From: an uncultured Clostridium sp.
GTDB taxonomy: Bacteria; Bacillota; Clostridia; TANB77; CAG-508
NCBI GenBank assembly: GCA_900556695.1
Contig: USQA01000001.1
Coordinates: 1-54,614, forward strand
Length of the DNA stretch: 54,614 bases
Reading direction: 5' to 3'
In this document: positions 1-10,112 of the stretch, in pieces
Position numbering within the stretch: the first letter of the stretch is position 1
Layout: the number at the start of each line of letters is the position of its first letter
The notes under the pieces: generated by a model
Told to the model about the DNA's origin: nothing
Database searches by the model: none
What the model saw: the letters and a program-made list of their open reading frames with translations, nothing else
Translations under genes and position numbers: made by a program

Positions 1-270
1 GAGCAAATAGAAAATGTAATAATAAATTTAGAAAAACGAGATAAAATAGACACATTAAATAAGGCAGATGTAATTTATAAAGCAAAAGATGAAAAATTTG
101 AGATATTAGATTATATAAATATTGTATTATTAGATATGGCAAAGAGGTCTAATAAATATGCAAATTGTATAAATATAGTAGAGGATACAAAAAAAAGATT
201 GAAATCTAATGCAAATTATGATATGAGTATAGATAATATGTTATTTAATATATGGGAAGAAATTAATTAA
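1..270 (+). CDS. 3' end of a CDS entering from the left edge (possibly DNA polymerase III delta' subunit, by gene order only)
   Basis: Frame 1 is open from base 1 to TAA at 268-270, with no start in the window. Identity is guessed only from the common holB-yaaT arrangement in Firmicutes. Confidence 0.35.
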   Translation, partial: EQIENVIINLEKRDKIDTLNKADVIYKAKDEKFEILDYINIVLLDMAKRSNKYANCINIVEDTKKRLKSNANYDMSIDNMLFNIWEEIN

Positions 271-313
271 AATAATAATTATCTTTTAGTTCATAGAAGG
301 GAATGAAAAATAA

Positions 314-1231
314 TTGAAAAATATAATTGGAGTTAGATTTAAAAAATTAGGAAAAATATATTTTTTCAATCCTAAAAATTTAAAAGTAAAAAATGGAGAT
401 AAAGTAATAGTAGAAACATCTCAAGGGGAAGAATATGGAGAAGTCATGATTCCTAACAGATCAGTTCAAGATGATAAAATTATTGAACCATTAAAAAAAG
501 TTATTAGGATTGCTAATTATAAAGACCATAAACATTATGAAGATTGCAGAAAAAAGGAAAAAGAAGCTTTTAAAGTATGTACAAAGAAAATAAAAGAACA
601 TAAATTAAATATGAATTTAACAGATGTTGAATTTAAGTTTGACAATAGTAAAATATTATTCTATTTTACTGCTGATGGAAGAATAGACTTTAGAGAGTTG
701 GTAAAGGATTTAGCAGCTATTTATAAAACAAGAATAGAATTAAGACAAATAGGTGTAAGAGATGAAGTAAAAAGAATAGGTGGTAATGGAGTTTGTGGAA
801 GAGAACTTTGTTGTTGTTCTTTCTTAAGTGACTTTGAAGCTGTATCAATAAAAATGGCAAAAGAACAAAACTTATCTTTAAATCCATCTAAAATTTCAGG
901 CAATTGTGGTAGATTAATGTGCTGTTTGAAATATGAGAATGAAGTTTATGAAGAAAAGTTAAAGAAAATGCCTAATATAGGAGCTATTGTTGAAACAGAA
1001 GAAGGGCAAGGAGAAGTTGAAAATATAGAAACTTTAAAAGAACAAATAAGAGTTAAATTTAAAGATGGTGAAGGCTATTTCTACAAAAAATATAATGCAA
1101 AAGATGTAAAAATAATTAAAGATGTAGCTAATGAAAAAATTGACTCTGAAGAAATAGAACATAAAAAGGAACTTGAAGAATTAGAAAAATTACAAAAAGA
1201 AGATAAGGAATTAGAAGAAAAAAATAACTAA
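314..1231 (+). CDS. yaaT: PSP1 domain protein (YaaT/RicT-like)
   Basis: 305-aa ORF. Cys-rich core GNGVCGRELCCCSF...NCGRLMCCLKYE is typical of the PSP1 C-terminal domain. TTG start follows GAAGGGA. Confidence 0.8.
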   Translation: MKNIIGVRFKKLGKIYFFNPKNLKVKNGDKVIVETSQGEEYGEVMIPNRSVQDDKIIEPLKKVIRIANYKDHKHYEDCRKKEKEAFKVCTKKIKEHKLNMNLTDVEFKFDNSKILFYFTADGRIDFRELVKDLAAIYKTRIELRQIGVRDEVKRIGGNGVCGRELCCCSFLSDFEAVSIKMAKEQNLSLNPSKISGNCGRLMCCLKYENEVYEEKLKKMPNIGAIVETEEGQGEVENIETLKEQIRVKFKDGEGYFYKKYNAKDVKIIKDVANEKIDSEEIEHKKELEELEKLQKEDKELEEKNN

Positions 1232-1277
1232 GAGATTAGTAAAGAAAATAAATACTAGTTTTAGGAGGTGAAACAAA

Positions 1278-1448
1278 ATGGCATACAAAATTACAGATAA
1301 ATGTATATCATGTGGAGCATGTGCTGCTGAATGTCCAGTAGGATGTATATCACAAGGAGATGATAAATTCGTAATTGATGAATCAGCATGTATATCTTGT
1401 GGTACATGTGCAGGAGTTTGTCCTGTAGAAGCACCAGTTGAAGAATAA
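1278..1448 (+). CDS. fdx: clostridial-type 2x[4Fe-4S] ferredoxin (56 aa, below the ORF-track cutoff)
   Basis: AGGAGGTG RBS then ATG 1278. Translation MAYKITDKCISCGACAAECPVGCISQGDDKFVIDESACISCGTCAGVCPVEAPVEE has two CxxCxxCxxxCP motifs. Confidence 0.9.
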   Translation: MAYKITDKCISCGACAAECPVGCISQGDDKFVIDESACISCGTCAGVCPVEAPVEE

Positions 1449-1473
1449 AAATTAGTAATAAATATAAAAGAAG

Positions 1474-1501
1474 AAGGAGTTAAATACTCCTTTATTTTTT
1501 T
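1474..1501 (+). terminator. intrinsic terminator after the ferredoxin gene
   Basis: AAGGAGT / ACTCCTT stem with a 5-nt loop, followed by a T-run. Confidence 0.7.
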
Positions 1502-1602
1502 ATAAATAATTATCTGTAAAAATATATAAAATAAAAAAATAATTGATTTATTAATATAATAAAGTATATAATATTTATATAGAAGTATAAGGGGGAAAAT
1601 TA

Positions 1603-2691
1603 GTGCAAGAAGAATTTGATAATACTGCTGAAAAAAAGGAAAATTTAGATACTCAAGAAAATATAATTGAGAAAAATCCAACAAATAAAAAGACTACAAC
1701 TTTTAATATATTATTAATAGTTGCGATATTTATAGTTTTATTAATATATATGTTAAAAGTTGATGGTATAGATAATATTATAAAGATATTAAAGACTGTA
1801 GACTATAAATGGGTATTTTTAGGTGGTTTGTGCTTACTTGTACATTGGAGTTGTGAAGGATTAAATTTACATATACCAATAAAAAGAATATACAAAGACC
1901 AAAAAATTTTTGATTCAGTAAAAATAGCTATGATAGGACAGTTATTTAATAATATAACACCTTTTTCAACTGGTGGACAGCCAATGCAAGCATATGAGTT
2001 AAATAAGATGGGAAGAAGAGTAAGCGATTCTTTTTCTGCTATGGCAATGAAATTTGCAATAACTCAAACAGCTTTAGTTACTACTACTATTGTTATTGTA
2101 TTAACTGAATTTGGATTTGTAAAAGAATTAATGGGAGATTATATATGGGTAGCAATTGTAGGAGTTATATTAAATATTATAGCTATAATAGCTGTTATAT
2201 TAGCAGGAATAAAAAAAGAAATAATAACATTTATTGCAAATTCTATCATTAATATTTTGGCAAAGATACATGTGATAAAAGATAAAGAAAAAGCAAAGGA
2301 AAAAATGGATAAAAGTATTAGCAATTTTAGAAATCAATTTGTGCTTATGAAATCAGAAAAGAAAATGGTTTTAAAAATGTTTATTATAGCAGTAATACAA
2401 AGTTTGGCATATTATTCAATAACATATATGATATATAGAGCATTTGGAAATTATGGTATAAATTTCTTTCAAATAGTACCAGTGCAAGCTTTTTTATTAT
2501 TAATAATGACATTTATTCCAACTCCAGGATCTGGATTAGGAGCAGAAGGAGGATTTTATTTATTGTTTAATTCTATCTTTAAAGGAGATACAATAAACAT
2601 GTCAATCTTATTTTGGAGAATATATACATTTTATTTACCAATATTAGTAGGATTAATATTTTTAATCCCTAAAAGACAAAATAGAGATTAG
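1603..2691 (+). CDS. polytopic membrane protein, UPF0104 / lysyl-PG-synthase-TM-like (flippase-like) family
   Basis: 362-aa ORF with a GTG start and a Lys/Glu-rich N-terminus followed by multiple hydrophobic helices. Family assignment is from overall architecture as I recall it. Confidence 0.55.
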   Translation: MQEEFDNTAEKKENLDTQENIIEKNPTNKKTTTFNILLIVAIFIVLLIYMLKVDGIDNIIKILKTVDYKWVFLGGLCLLVHWSCEGLNLHIPIKRIYKDQKIFDSVKIAMIGQLFNNITPFSTGGQPMQAYELNKMGRRVSDSFSAMAMKFAITQTALVTTTIVIVLTEFGFVKELMGDYIWVAIVGVILNIIAIIAVILAGIKKEIITFIANSIINILAKIHVIKDKEKAKEKMDKSISNFRNQFVLMKSEKKMVLKMFIIAVIQSLAYYSITYMIYRAFGNYGINFFQIVPVQAFLLLIMTFIPTPGSGLGAEGGFYLLFNSIFKGDTINMSILFWRIYTFYLPILVGLIFLIPKRQNRD

Positions 2692-2698
2692 ATTAAAT

Positions 2699-3661
2699 CT
2701 AATCTCTATTTGTTATTTCTTCTAAGTCTAATAGTTCTTGCCATCTTTTATCTACTTCTTTTTGGAATTCTTCTATCATCCATTCATTTCCTGGTTTAAA
2801 CATATGTTTAAATCTTTTTTGTGGTTTTAAAAATTCTTCTATTGGTAGTTTTTTAGCTGGTTTGTAATTTATTTTATATTTTCCATCTATTACTTCATAT
2901 AGTGGCCAGTAGCATGTTTCTACTGCTAATTTATTTATTTGCATTAACATGTCTGTTGGATATCCCCATCCTCTAGGACATGGAGCCATTACATTTAAGA
3001 ATGCTGGGCCTTTTGTGTATATAGCTTTTTCTGATTTTTCATATAGGTCTTTAAAGTTCATATATCCAATTGTTTGTGCTACATATGGTAAGTGATGTCC
3101 TACCATTATTTTGGTTAAGTCTTTTCTTGATTGCATTTTTCCAGGAAGTACTTTTCCGGCAGGTGATGTTGTTGTATCTGCAAATTTTGGTGTTGCAGAT
3201 GAACGTTGAATACCTGTATTCATATATGCACCATTATCATAACATACATAAACCATATCATGTCCACGTTCCATGGCTCCTGATAAACTTTGTAATCCTA
3301 TATCATATGTTCCACCGTCTCCACCAAATGCTATGAATTTTGTTTCTCCATCTTTAGGTAGTTTTCCTTGTTTTTTCATTGAAACATATGCTGCTTCTGC
3401 ACCAGATAAAGTGCTAGCTGCACATTCAAATGCTGTATGGATAAATGAATCTGTCCAAGCTGTGTATGGATAAATAAATGTAGAAACTTCCATACAACCT
3501 GTTGCTCCAGCAACTACAGCATGGTCTTCTGGTTTTAATGCTCTCATTATATGTCTTGCAACAGGAGGAGCACCGCAACCAGCACACATTCTGTGTCCAG
3601 CAGTAAATCTTGAAGGCTTGTTTCCGACTACTTCTTTAACATTATAAGGCATTCTTGTCAC
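2699..3661 (-). CDS. 2-oxoacid (pyruvate-type):ferredoxin oxidoreductase, beta (TPP-binding) subunit
   Basis: 320-aa ORF with a CAGCGAP cluster motif and a GGDGGTYDIG TPP-binding motif. Last gene of the gamma-delta-alpha-beta operon. Confidence 0.85.
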   Translation of the reverse strand: MTRMPYNVKEVVGNKPSRFTAGHRMCAGCGAPPVARHIMRALKPEDHAVVAGATGCMEVSTFIYPYTAWTDSFIHTAFECAASTLSGAEAAYVSMKKQGKLPKDGETKFIAFGGDGGTYDIGLQSLSGAMERGHDMVYVCYDNGAYMNTGIQRSSATPKFADTTTSPAGKVLPGKMQSRKDLTKIMVGHHLPYVAQTIGYMNFKDLYEKSEKAIYTKGPAFLNVMAPCPRGWGYPTDMLMQINKLAVETCYWPLYEVIDGKYKINYKPAKKLPIEEFLKPQKRFKHMFKPGNEWMIEEFQKEVDKRWQELLDLEEITNRD

Positions 3662-4844
3662 CTTCCTTTCTTAATCCAAAATATCTATAAGGGTTATCTA
3701 CTTTACCTGTTTTTGCGATTTCTAATAAATCTTTATAAACATTTTCGATATCATCTGCTTTTGTATCTCTACCACCTATACCATAAATGTAATTTACAGC
3801 AGGTACATTTTTTTGATTTACATATAAACCAGATGTTACATCTTCGAATAATGCGCCACCTGCAGCATTTAATGAATCTGATTTATCTAAAACTGCTATA
3901 GCTTTTAAATGACTTAAAGCTTCTGCAATTTCTTTTGCTGGGAAAGGTCTAAATACACGAACTTTTAAAAGTCCTGCTTTTATTCCTTGTTCTCTTAATT
4001 TATCTACAACAAATTTTGTTGTTCCAGCTGTTGAATTCATACAAACTATAGCAACTTCTGCATCGTCTAATTTATAAGATTCAAAAAATCCATAACTTCT
4101 ACCAGTCATTTTTTCAAAATCTTTTGCAACTTCTAAAATAACTTTTTTAGCATTTATCATTGCTTTAGCTTGTTGTGCTTTGTGCTCAAATAAGTAACTT
4201 TGAACATCTAAAGGTCCAACTGCAATTGGTTCTTCTTTATTTAATAAATAATGTTCAGGATGATATTCACCTACAAATTCTTTTACTTTTTCGTCTTCTA
4301 CAAGTTCTATATTTTCAATAGAATGAGAAGTAATAAATCCATCTTGGCATACCATTAATGGAAGCATAACATCTTTATGTTCTGCAATTCTATGTGCCAT
4401 TAATGTATTGTCATATGCTTCTTGATTATTTTCTGAAAATAGCATAATCCATCCACTATCACGTACTCCCATTGCATCTGAATGGTCATTGTGAATATTT
4501 AATGGACCAGATACAGCTCTATTTACTAATGATAAAACAATTGGTAATCTTAAACTTGAAGCAATATAAATCATTTCCCACATTAATGATAATCCATTTG
4601 CTGATGTTGCTGTCATAGCTCTTGAACCAGCTGCTTCTGCACCGATACAAGCTGACATGGCACTATGCTCACTTTCAACTGCAACAAATTCTGTATCAAC
4701 TGTACCATTTGCTACAAATGTTGAAAAGTATTGAGGTATTTCAGTAGATGGAGTAATAGGAAATGCTGCAACTACATCAGGATTGATTTGTTTCATAGCA
4801 GTTGCTACTGCTTCGTTACCACTTAATCTTTCTCTTATACTCAT
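3642..4844 (-). CDS. 2-oxoacid:ferredoxin oxidoreductase, alpha subunit
   Basis: 400-aa ORF. N-terminus SGNEAVATAMKQINPDVVAAFPITPSTE is typical of POR/KOR alpha subunits. Overlaps the beta gene. Confidence 0.85.
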   Translation of the reverse strand: MSIRERLSGNEAVATAMKQINPDVVAAFPITPSTEIPQYFSTFVANGTVDTEFVAVESEHSAMSACIGAEAAGSRAMTATSANGLSLMWEMIYIASSLRLPIVLSLVNRAVSGPLNIHNDHSDAMGVRDSGWIMLFSENNQEAYDNTLMAHRIAEHKDVMLPLMVCQDGFITSHSIENIELVEDEKVKEFVGEYHPEHYLLNKEEPIAVGPLDVQSYLFEHKAQQAKAMINAKKVILEVAKDFEKMTGRSYGFFESYKLDDAEVAIVCMNSTAGTTKFVVDKLREQGIKAGLLKVRVFRPFPAKEIAEALSHLKAIAVLDKSDSLNAAGGALFEDVTSGLYVNQKNVPAVNYIYGIGGRDTKADDIENVYKDLLEIAKTGKVDNPYRYFGLRKEGDKNAL

Positions 4845-4892
4845 GTTTTTTCTTCCTTTCTTTCTAATTAATTTTGTATATTTATAATCTTA

Positions 4893-5183
4893 CTATTCTT
4901 CTTTCATTTCAATAGCTCCAAAAGGGCAAACTTTGGCACAAACGCCACAACCTTTGCAATAATCAAAATCGAAATCTGCTCTTTTACCATCTTTGCTAAC
5001 TGGAATAGCATCATCAGGGCAAACAGGAAAACATAAACCACATTGTTTGCACTTTTCACTTAAAAAGATAGGTTTAATGCTTCGCCAATCTCCAGTTTTA
5101 AATTCTCTTGCATTTCCAGCTTGATAAATATCTCCACCAGGAGTCATTTCTTCCATAGGTGTATTTGCATTTATTTTTGTCAT
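4893..5183 (-). CDS. 2-oxoacid:ferredoxin oxidoreductase, delta (2x[4Fe-4S]) subunit
   Basis: 96 aa with CKQCGLCFPVCP and CKGCGVCAKVCP motifs. Confidence 0.85.
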   Translation of the reverse strand: MTKINANTPMEEMTPGGDIYQAGNAREFKTGDWRSIKPIFLSEKCKQCGLCFPVCPDDAIPVSKDGKRADFDFDYCKGCGVCAKVCPFGAIEMKEE

Positions 5184-5758
5184 ATCTTTTTAACCTCCTT
5201 TAATGCCAATTCTAAAGCTTTCATATTACCATCAATAACTTCAGGTTTTTTGGCAAATTTATGTTTAAAAGAACCAGTCATATCATTTAAAAATTCTTCA
5301 TCAGACATAATTCCACTTACTTTTACTATTGCTGCAAGCATAGGTGTATTTGGAAAATATCTTCCAAGGGCTTCTTCAGAGATTTTTCTTGCATCTATTG
5401 TATAAACATTTCCTTTATATCCTTTTAATACATCTTTTAAATAATCTGCTGATTTTGTAGTATTAATAACTATTGCACCAGTTTCTTTTAAACCAGATGT
5501 AACATCAACAGTTTCTAAAAGGGAATCATCAACAACAACTACGTAATCAGGTTCATAAATATTACTATGAATAGTAATTGGTGAGCTACTAATTCTGTTA
5601 TATGCAGTTATAGGTGCTCCCATTCTTTCAGGTCCATATTCTGGGAAACCTTGTATATATTTACCGGTATTAAATGCAGCATCAGCTAATAATAATGAAG
5701 CTGTTTTTGCACCTTGACCACCTCTACCATGCCATCTAATTTCTATCATGTTATCCAT
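5180..5758 (-). CDS. 2-oxoacid:ferredoxin oxidoreductase, gamma subunit
   Basis: 192 aa with the GRGGQGAKTAS motif. First gene of the operon; its stop overlaps the delta start. Confidence 0.85.
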   Translation of the reverse strand: MDNMIEIRWHGRGGQGAKTASLLLADAAFNTGKYIQGFPEYGPERMGAPITAYNRISSSPITIHSNIYEPDYVVVVDDSLLETVDVTSGLKETGAIVINTTKSADYLKDVLKGYKGNVYTIDARKISEEALGRYFPNTPMLAAIVKVSGIMSDEEFLNDMTGSFKHKFAKKPEVIDGNMKALELALKEVKKI

Positions 5759-5980
5759 TTATAAATAGCCTCCTTTGTTTAAAAATTTATGTTCTTAGTA
5801 TATGTCTAAATGTTGATAATGTCAAGGAAAAAAGTTGAATCTGACCGATAAGAAGTATAAAAATTTGATAATAAAGTGATTGCTTTTTACAAATATAAAA
5901 AGTATAATAAAATTGTATTTTTTAATAGTTATTTTTAAAATTGAATATTAAAAAATAATTATTAGTATTTGGAGGAAAAT

Positions 5981-7597
5981 ATGAAAAAGAAGAATAAAAA
6001 GATTAAAGTAAGTTTAATAGTTATTATTTTGACATTAATAATAGTGGCAGGAGGGGTAGTATATATTAAAAATCATAATAATACTGATAATGAACAAGAA
6101 AAAATAATAGATGCTAAAGTTGAGGAAGAACCAAATGAAATTCAAGAGGTTGAATACAGTATGCACAATGGCGGGGAATTTGTTAAAATTGGAGACAATA
6201 TAGGATTTATTAATAAGTTGAATAATAATACACAAATAATAAATGTAAAAGAAAAAACAGCAATAAAAGTAAATACTACAGGAAATGAACTTGAGAAAAT
6301 ATATTTTGATGGAGAAAATATTTATGGAGTTCCTGGACACTACAAAGGAAAAGGAATTTATAAAATAGACCTTCAAGGAAATATAACAAAAATATATAAT
6401 GGGGAATGTGCTCAATTATGGTTAACAGAAGAAAAAATCTACTTCGTAAAACAAAATGGTTTTGATGAAATAAATCAAACACCACAAGGATCTATATGTT
6501 GTATGGATAAAAGTGGAAAAAACATTACAACAATAATAGATAATGTTAAGAATTATTTTAAAATCCAAGATGATACAATTTATTATACTGATTTATCAAG
6601 TAGAGCATTATATAAAGCAAATATAAATGGAGAGAATAAAGAAAAATTGGCAGAAGGAAGAATTTATATTTGTGATGTAACAGATAAATTTTTAACATAT
6701 ATTGACTTTGCTGATGGACAAGCATATCATGTTGTTTACTTAGAAGATAATACTAATCATAAAGTAGGAAAATTTGGTAATGATGTAGTTATTGGAAAAG
6801 AAGGATACATATATACAAGAAAATTAAAAGATGACAATAATGACATTGAAGATGAAGCAACATTATTTAAGATTGATTATAAAAATAAAGAAGAAAAAGA
6901 AATATGGAAAGATACAGAAATTGGACTTACTACATTAAAGTATTTTTATAATAATAATGTGTATTTAATGAAAAATAAAGTTCAAAAAATAAATTTAAAT
7001 GATGAAAGTCATAATAAAGAGGATACAGATATTGGGTATAGTTTTTTCTTGGATGGATATGTATATGAATTTAAAACATCAGAAGATAAAATAAAAAAAA
7101 TGAAAATTACAAATTTGAAAAATAATGAAAAAGAGGAAATAGATATTACATATACAGAATCAAAACAAGAAAATAGTGTAAATAAAAATACAGTAAATAC
7201 CAATGAGAGTAACAAAAACGAAAATAACAAACAAGAAACAAAACCAAAAACAAATGCTGAAATTTATGGTTGGAAAAATGAAAGTATACAAGGAAAAACG
7301 ATGATAACAAAAGAGGAAGCAATTAATATATGGAAGAAAAATATTTCGAATTTTGGAAAAAACAATAATATTATAAACTATAAAGATTATACAACAATGA
7401 TTAATATTTCTTTGATAGATGTAACTCCAAATAGTTTATTTAGTCAAACAGATAATTTGCCATCTAGACAAGCAAATTATACAAGAAAAGCTTGGAAAAT
7501 AGAAACAGCAGAAGAACCTAATCCAATGCAACAATTAGACGTATATGTTGATGCATATACTGGAGAAATTATTGGTGGAAGTATTCATGGAGATTAA
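5981..7597 (+). CDS. membrane-anchored/secreted repeat protein (DUF5050-like beta-propeller region, Asn/Lys-rich linker, small C-terminal domain)
   Basis: GGAGGA RBS then ATG 5981 (the track start at 5969 lies inside the RBS). N-terminal signal-anchor KKIKVSLIVIILTLIIVAGG. Repeated IYF/IYY..D motifs. Confidence 0.5.
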   Translation: MKKKNKKIKVSLIVIILTLIIVAGGVVYIKNHNNTDNEQEKIIDAKVEEEPNEIQEVEYSMHNGGEFVKIGDNIGFINKLNNNTQIINVKEKTAIKVNTTGNELEKIYFDGENIYGVPGHYKGKGIYKIDLQGNITKIYNGECAQLWLTEEKIYFVKQNGFDEINQTPQGSICCMDKSGKNITTIIDNVKNYFKIQDDTIYYTDLSSRALYKANINGENKEKLAEGRIYICDVTDKFLTYIDFADGQAYHVVYLEDNTNHKVGKFGNDVVIGKEGYIYTRKLKDDNNDIEDEATLFKIDYKNKEEKEIWKDTEIGLTTLKYFYNNNVYLMKNKVQKINLNDESHNKEDTDIGYSFFLDGYVYEFKTSEDKIKKMKITNLKNNEKEEIDITYTESKQENSVNKNTVNTNESNKNENNKQETKPKTNAEIYGWKNESIQGKTMITKEEAINIWKKNISNFGKNNNIINYKDYTTMINISLIDVTPNSLFSQTDNLPSRQANYTRKAWKIETAEEPNPMQQLDVYVDAYTGEIIGGSIHGD

Positions 7598-7614
7598 AAA
7601 AATAAAAGAAGGAA

Positions 7615-7824
7615 TTAATTTTCCTTCTTTTTACTTTCTTGTTCATTATCTTTTTTTGATTTTTCGTTATCAGATTTTTTGGTTATAATTTTTGGGATTA
7701 CAATATTTTTTGGTCTTTTATCATTTGGTTTAGGAGTTTCACCATTTAAATGGTCATAAGCTGGTGAGATATCTAAGTTTGTTCCATCTCCATTAATTAT
7801 TTCTATATTCTTTTTTTCTTCCAT
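7615..7824 (-). CDS. small Lys-rich hypothetical protein (69 aa)
   Basis: GGAGGT RBS 7 nt upstream of ATG at 7824. The longer track ORF has no RBS. Confidence 0.4.
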   Translation of the reverse strand: MEEKKNIEIINGDGTNLDISPAYDHLNGETPKPNDKRPKNIVIPKIITKKSDNEKSKKDNEQESKKKEN

Positions 7825-7998
7825 TAGAGTTACCTCCATAAATATTTTTAATAATAGTATCATATTAAAAATAAAAGTGCAAGAAAAATGAAAAAATATT
7901 GACATATTAGTATTTTCATGACATAATATATACATTGTAATTAATACGTTTTCAGGAATTTGGGAAGGTGGAAAAGGCGGATGGCGGAAAGGTGGAAA

Positions 7999-8646
7999 AT
8001 GGAAGATAAAAAAATTGAATCAATAATAGAAGCAATACTTTTTGCAGCAGGAAGACCAGTAGAAAAAAAAGAATTAGTATTAAGTTTAGAAATTTCTGAA
8101 GAAGAGATTGATAATATTATCAATAAGATGCAAAAAGAATATGAAAATCAAAATAGAGGAATAGAAATTATAAAAATTGAGGATTCTTATCAATTGTGTT
8201 CAAAAAAAGAATTATACGAATACATATATCCAATATTAGATAAAAGAAATAAACCTAAAATATCAAATGCAGCTTTAGAAACATTGGCAATAATAAGTTA
8301 TAATCCAAGAATAACAAGAGCTGAGATAGAAGCAATAAGAGGAGTATCAGCAGATGGTTGTATTTATAAATTATTAGAATATGGATTAATAGAAGAAGCT
8401 GGTAAAGTAATAGAATTACCAGGAAAACCGATGTCATATAAAACTACACAAGAATTTTTAAGAATGTTTGGATATAAGTCTTTAAAAGATTTACCAGAAT
8501 TGCCAAAATATAAATTAGATGAAAATAGACAGATAGTTATAGATGAACTAGTAGAAGAAAATGATAGTAAAGAAGAAAAAGAACAAGAAGAGCAAATAGA
8601 TAATACAAAAAACATTGAAGAAGAAAAAAATGAAGAAGAAAACTAG
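7999..8646 (+). CDS. scpB: segregation and condensation protein B
   Basis: N-terminus MEDKKIESIIEAILFAAGRPV and the winged-helix pattern of ScpB. AAAGGTGG RBS before ATG 7999. Acidic C-terminal tail. Confidence 0.8.
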   Translation: MEDKKIESIIEAILFAAGRPVEKKELVLSLEISEEEIDNIINKMQKEYENQNRGIEIIKIEDSYQLCSKKELYEYIYPILDKRNKPKISNAALETLAIISYNPRITRAEIEAIRGVSADGCIYKLLEYGLIEEAGKVIELPGKPMSYKTTQEFLRMFGYKSLKDLPELPKYKLDENRQIVIDELVEENDSKEEKEQEEQIDNTKNIEEEKNEEEN

Positions 8647-8676
8647 TAAAAATTAAAATCTAAGGAGAGATTAATT

Positions 8677-9984
8677 ATGAAATTATCACAAACAGGTATG
8701 AATACAGTAAAATTAAATAATATAGATGAAATGTATCCAGGTCAAAGTATATTATTAAAAACAGGGCAATTAGTTCAATATGGAGCAGGACTATTTGGAT
8801 ACAACACAGTTCCATTATTAGTTAGAAGAAATATAGAAAAAATAATTGTAGAAACATTAAATAAATATGGATGTATAGAAGTATTATTACCAACATTACA
8901 ACCAGACACAATATGGAAAAATTCAGGAAGATATGATCACTATGTAAATGATGGAACAATGTTGATAACTGAATCAAACAAAGGTACATTTTGCTTAGCT
9001 CCAACGGGAGAAGAGGCAATGGTTGAATTTGCAAAGGAAAAACTAAAATCTTATAAAAATTTACCAGTTACATATTATCAAATAGGCGAAAAGTATAGAA
9101 ACGAAATACGTACAAGAGGATATTTATTAAGAGGAAAATCATTCCCAATGCTAGATGCGTATAGTTTTGATGTTGATGAAGCAGGAATGGAAAAATCATA
9201 TAATAATGCAAGAAAAGCATTTTTAGAAATATTTGAAAAAATAGGAATGCCTGTTATTCCAATTGCTGCAGACAACGGAGCAATGGGAGGAAAAAAATCA
9301 GAAGAATTTATGCTTATATCAGAACAAGGTGAAGATAAAATTTTATATGATGAAGAAACTGGAATAGGATTAAATACAGAAATATTAGAAAGAGAAAATT
9401 ATCAAGAATATTTAGAAAAAGAATATGGAATTACAGATATATCTAAGTTTAAAGAAATTAGAACAATGGAATTAGGACATATATTCCAATTAGGAACAAG
9501 ATATTCAGAAATGATGAATGGATCATTCACAAACAAAGAAGGAAAAGAACAACTATATTATATGGGATGTTATGGAATAGGAGTTAGCAGAACATTAGCA
9601 GCTTTATACGAAAAATGCCTAATAAACGATCCAAAATGGGGACCATGTGGATTTGTACTACCAGAAACAGTAGCACCATATAAAGTACAAATAATTCCAA
9701 AAACGGATAATGAGGAAAAAGTAGAATTAGCAAACAAATTATATGAAACATTAAATAAAAATGGAGTAAAAGCAATATTAGATGACAGAGAAAACATACA
9801 AATAGGAGCCAAAATAAAAGATTGTAAAATCTTAGGAACACCATATATGATTGTAATAGGAGATAAAACTGAAGGAGACAAAATAGAAATAGAAAATAAC
9901 AAAACAGGAGAAAAGAAAGAAATTGCCATCGGGGACGGACCTTTTTGGCAAAAAATTGCCACAGGGGACGGACCTATTGAATAA
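8677..9984 (+). CDS. proS: proline--tRNA ligase, short form without the INS editing domain
   Basis: 435 aa. Class II motifs (YQIGEKYRNEIRTRGYLLRGKSF; GCYGIGVSR) and an anticodon-binding region. The C-terminus carries an odd 33-bp tandem repeat. Confidence 0.8.
   Translation: MKLSQTGMNTVKLNNIDEMYPGQSILLKTGQLVQYGAGLFGYNTVPLLVRRNIEKIIVETLNKYGCIEVLLPTLQPDTIWKNSGRYDHYVNDGTMLITESNKGTFCLAPTGEEAMVEFAKEKLKSYKNLPVTYYQIGEKYRNEIRTRGYLLRGKSFPMLDAYSFDVDEAGMEKSYNNARKAFLEIFEKIGMPVIPIAADNGAMGGKKSEEFMLISEQGEDKILYDEETGIGLNTEILERENYQEYLEKEYGITDISKFKEIRTMELGHIFQLGTRYSEMMNGSFTNKEGKEQLYYMGCYGIGVSRTLAALYEKCLINDPKWGPCGFVLPETVAPYKVQIIPKTDNEEKVELANKLYETLNKNGVKAILDDRENIQIGAKIKDCKILGTPYMIVIGDKTEGDKIEIENNKTGEKKEIAIGDGPFWQKIATGDGPIE
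9920..9975 (+). repeat. 33-bp-period tandem direct repeat at the 3' end of proS
   Basis: AAATTGCCATCGGGGACGGACCT (9920-9942) and AAATTGCCACAGGGGACGGACCT (9953-9975). They are unusually GC-rich for this genome and encode IA(I/T)GDGP twice. Confidence 0.8.
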
Positions 9985-10112
9985 ATAATAAAATAAAATT
10001 CACTAAAAAAACACAAATTAACTATTAGAAAGTAACAATATAAATATATTATCTGCATATACTAAAATATAAAGATATCATTTAATCGATAATAAGGAGA
10101 GATGATGATAGA

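Noticed and set aside
1211-1684. 157-aa minus-strand ORF overlapping the ferredoxin gene. Similar long antisense ORFs occur at 9570-10058, 17031-17408, 27133-27612, 36494-36889, 39110-39601 and 40514-40894.
   Set aside because: All lie antisense to well-supported genes. They are low-complexity (Leu/Phe/Ile/Ser-rich), lack RBSs, and are the expected by-product of AT-rich coding sequence.
7960-7998. Upstream extension of scpB (MGRWKRRMAERWK) containing an in-frame CGG, plus duplicated AAGGTGGAAAA purine tracts.
   Set aside because: The extension is the RBS region of the real start at 7999 (AAAGGTGGAAAATG), and ScpB homology begins at MEDKKIESII. It was therefore not treated as a coding CGG.
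8647-8676. Searched for T-box leaders upstream of proS and gltX.
   Set aside because: The proS intergenic region is only 30 nt, and the gltX leader is short, with no specifier or T-box-like structure.
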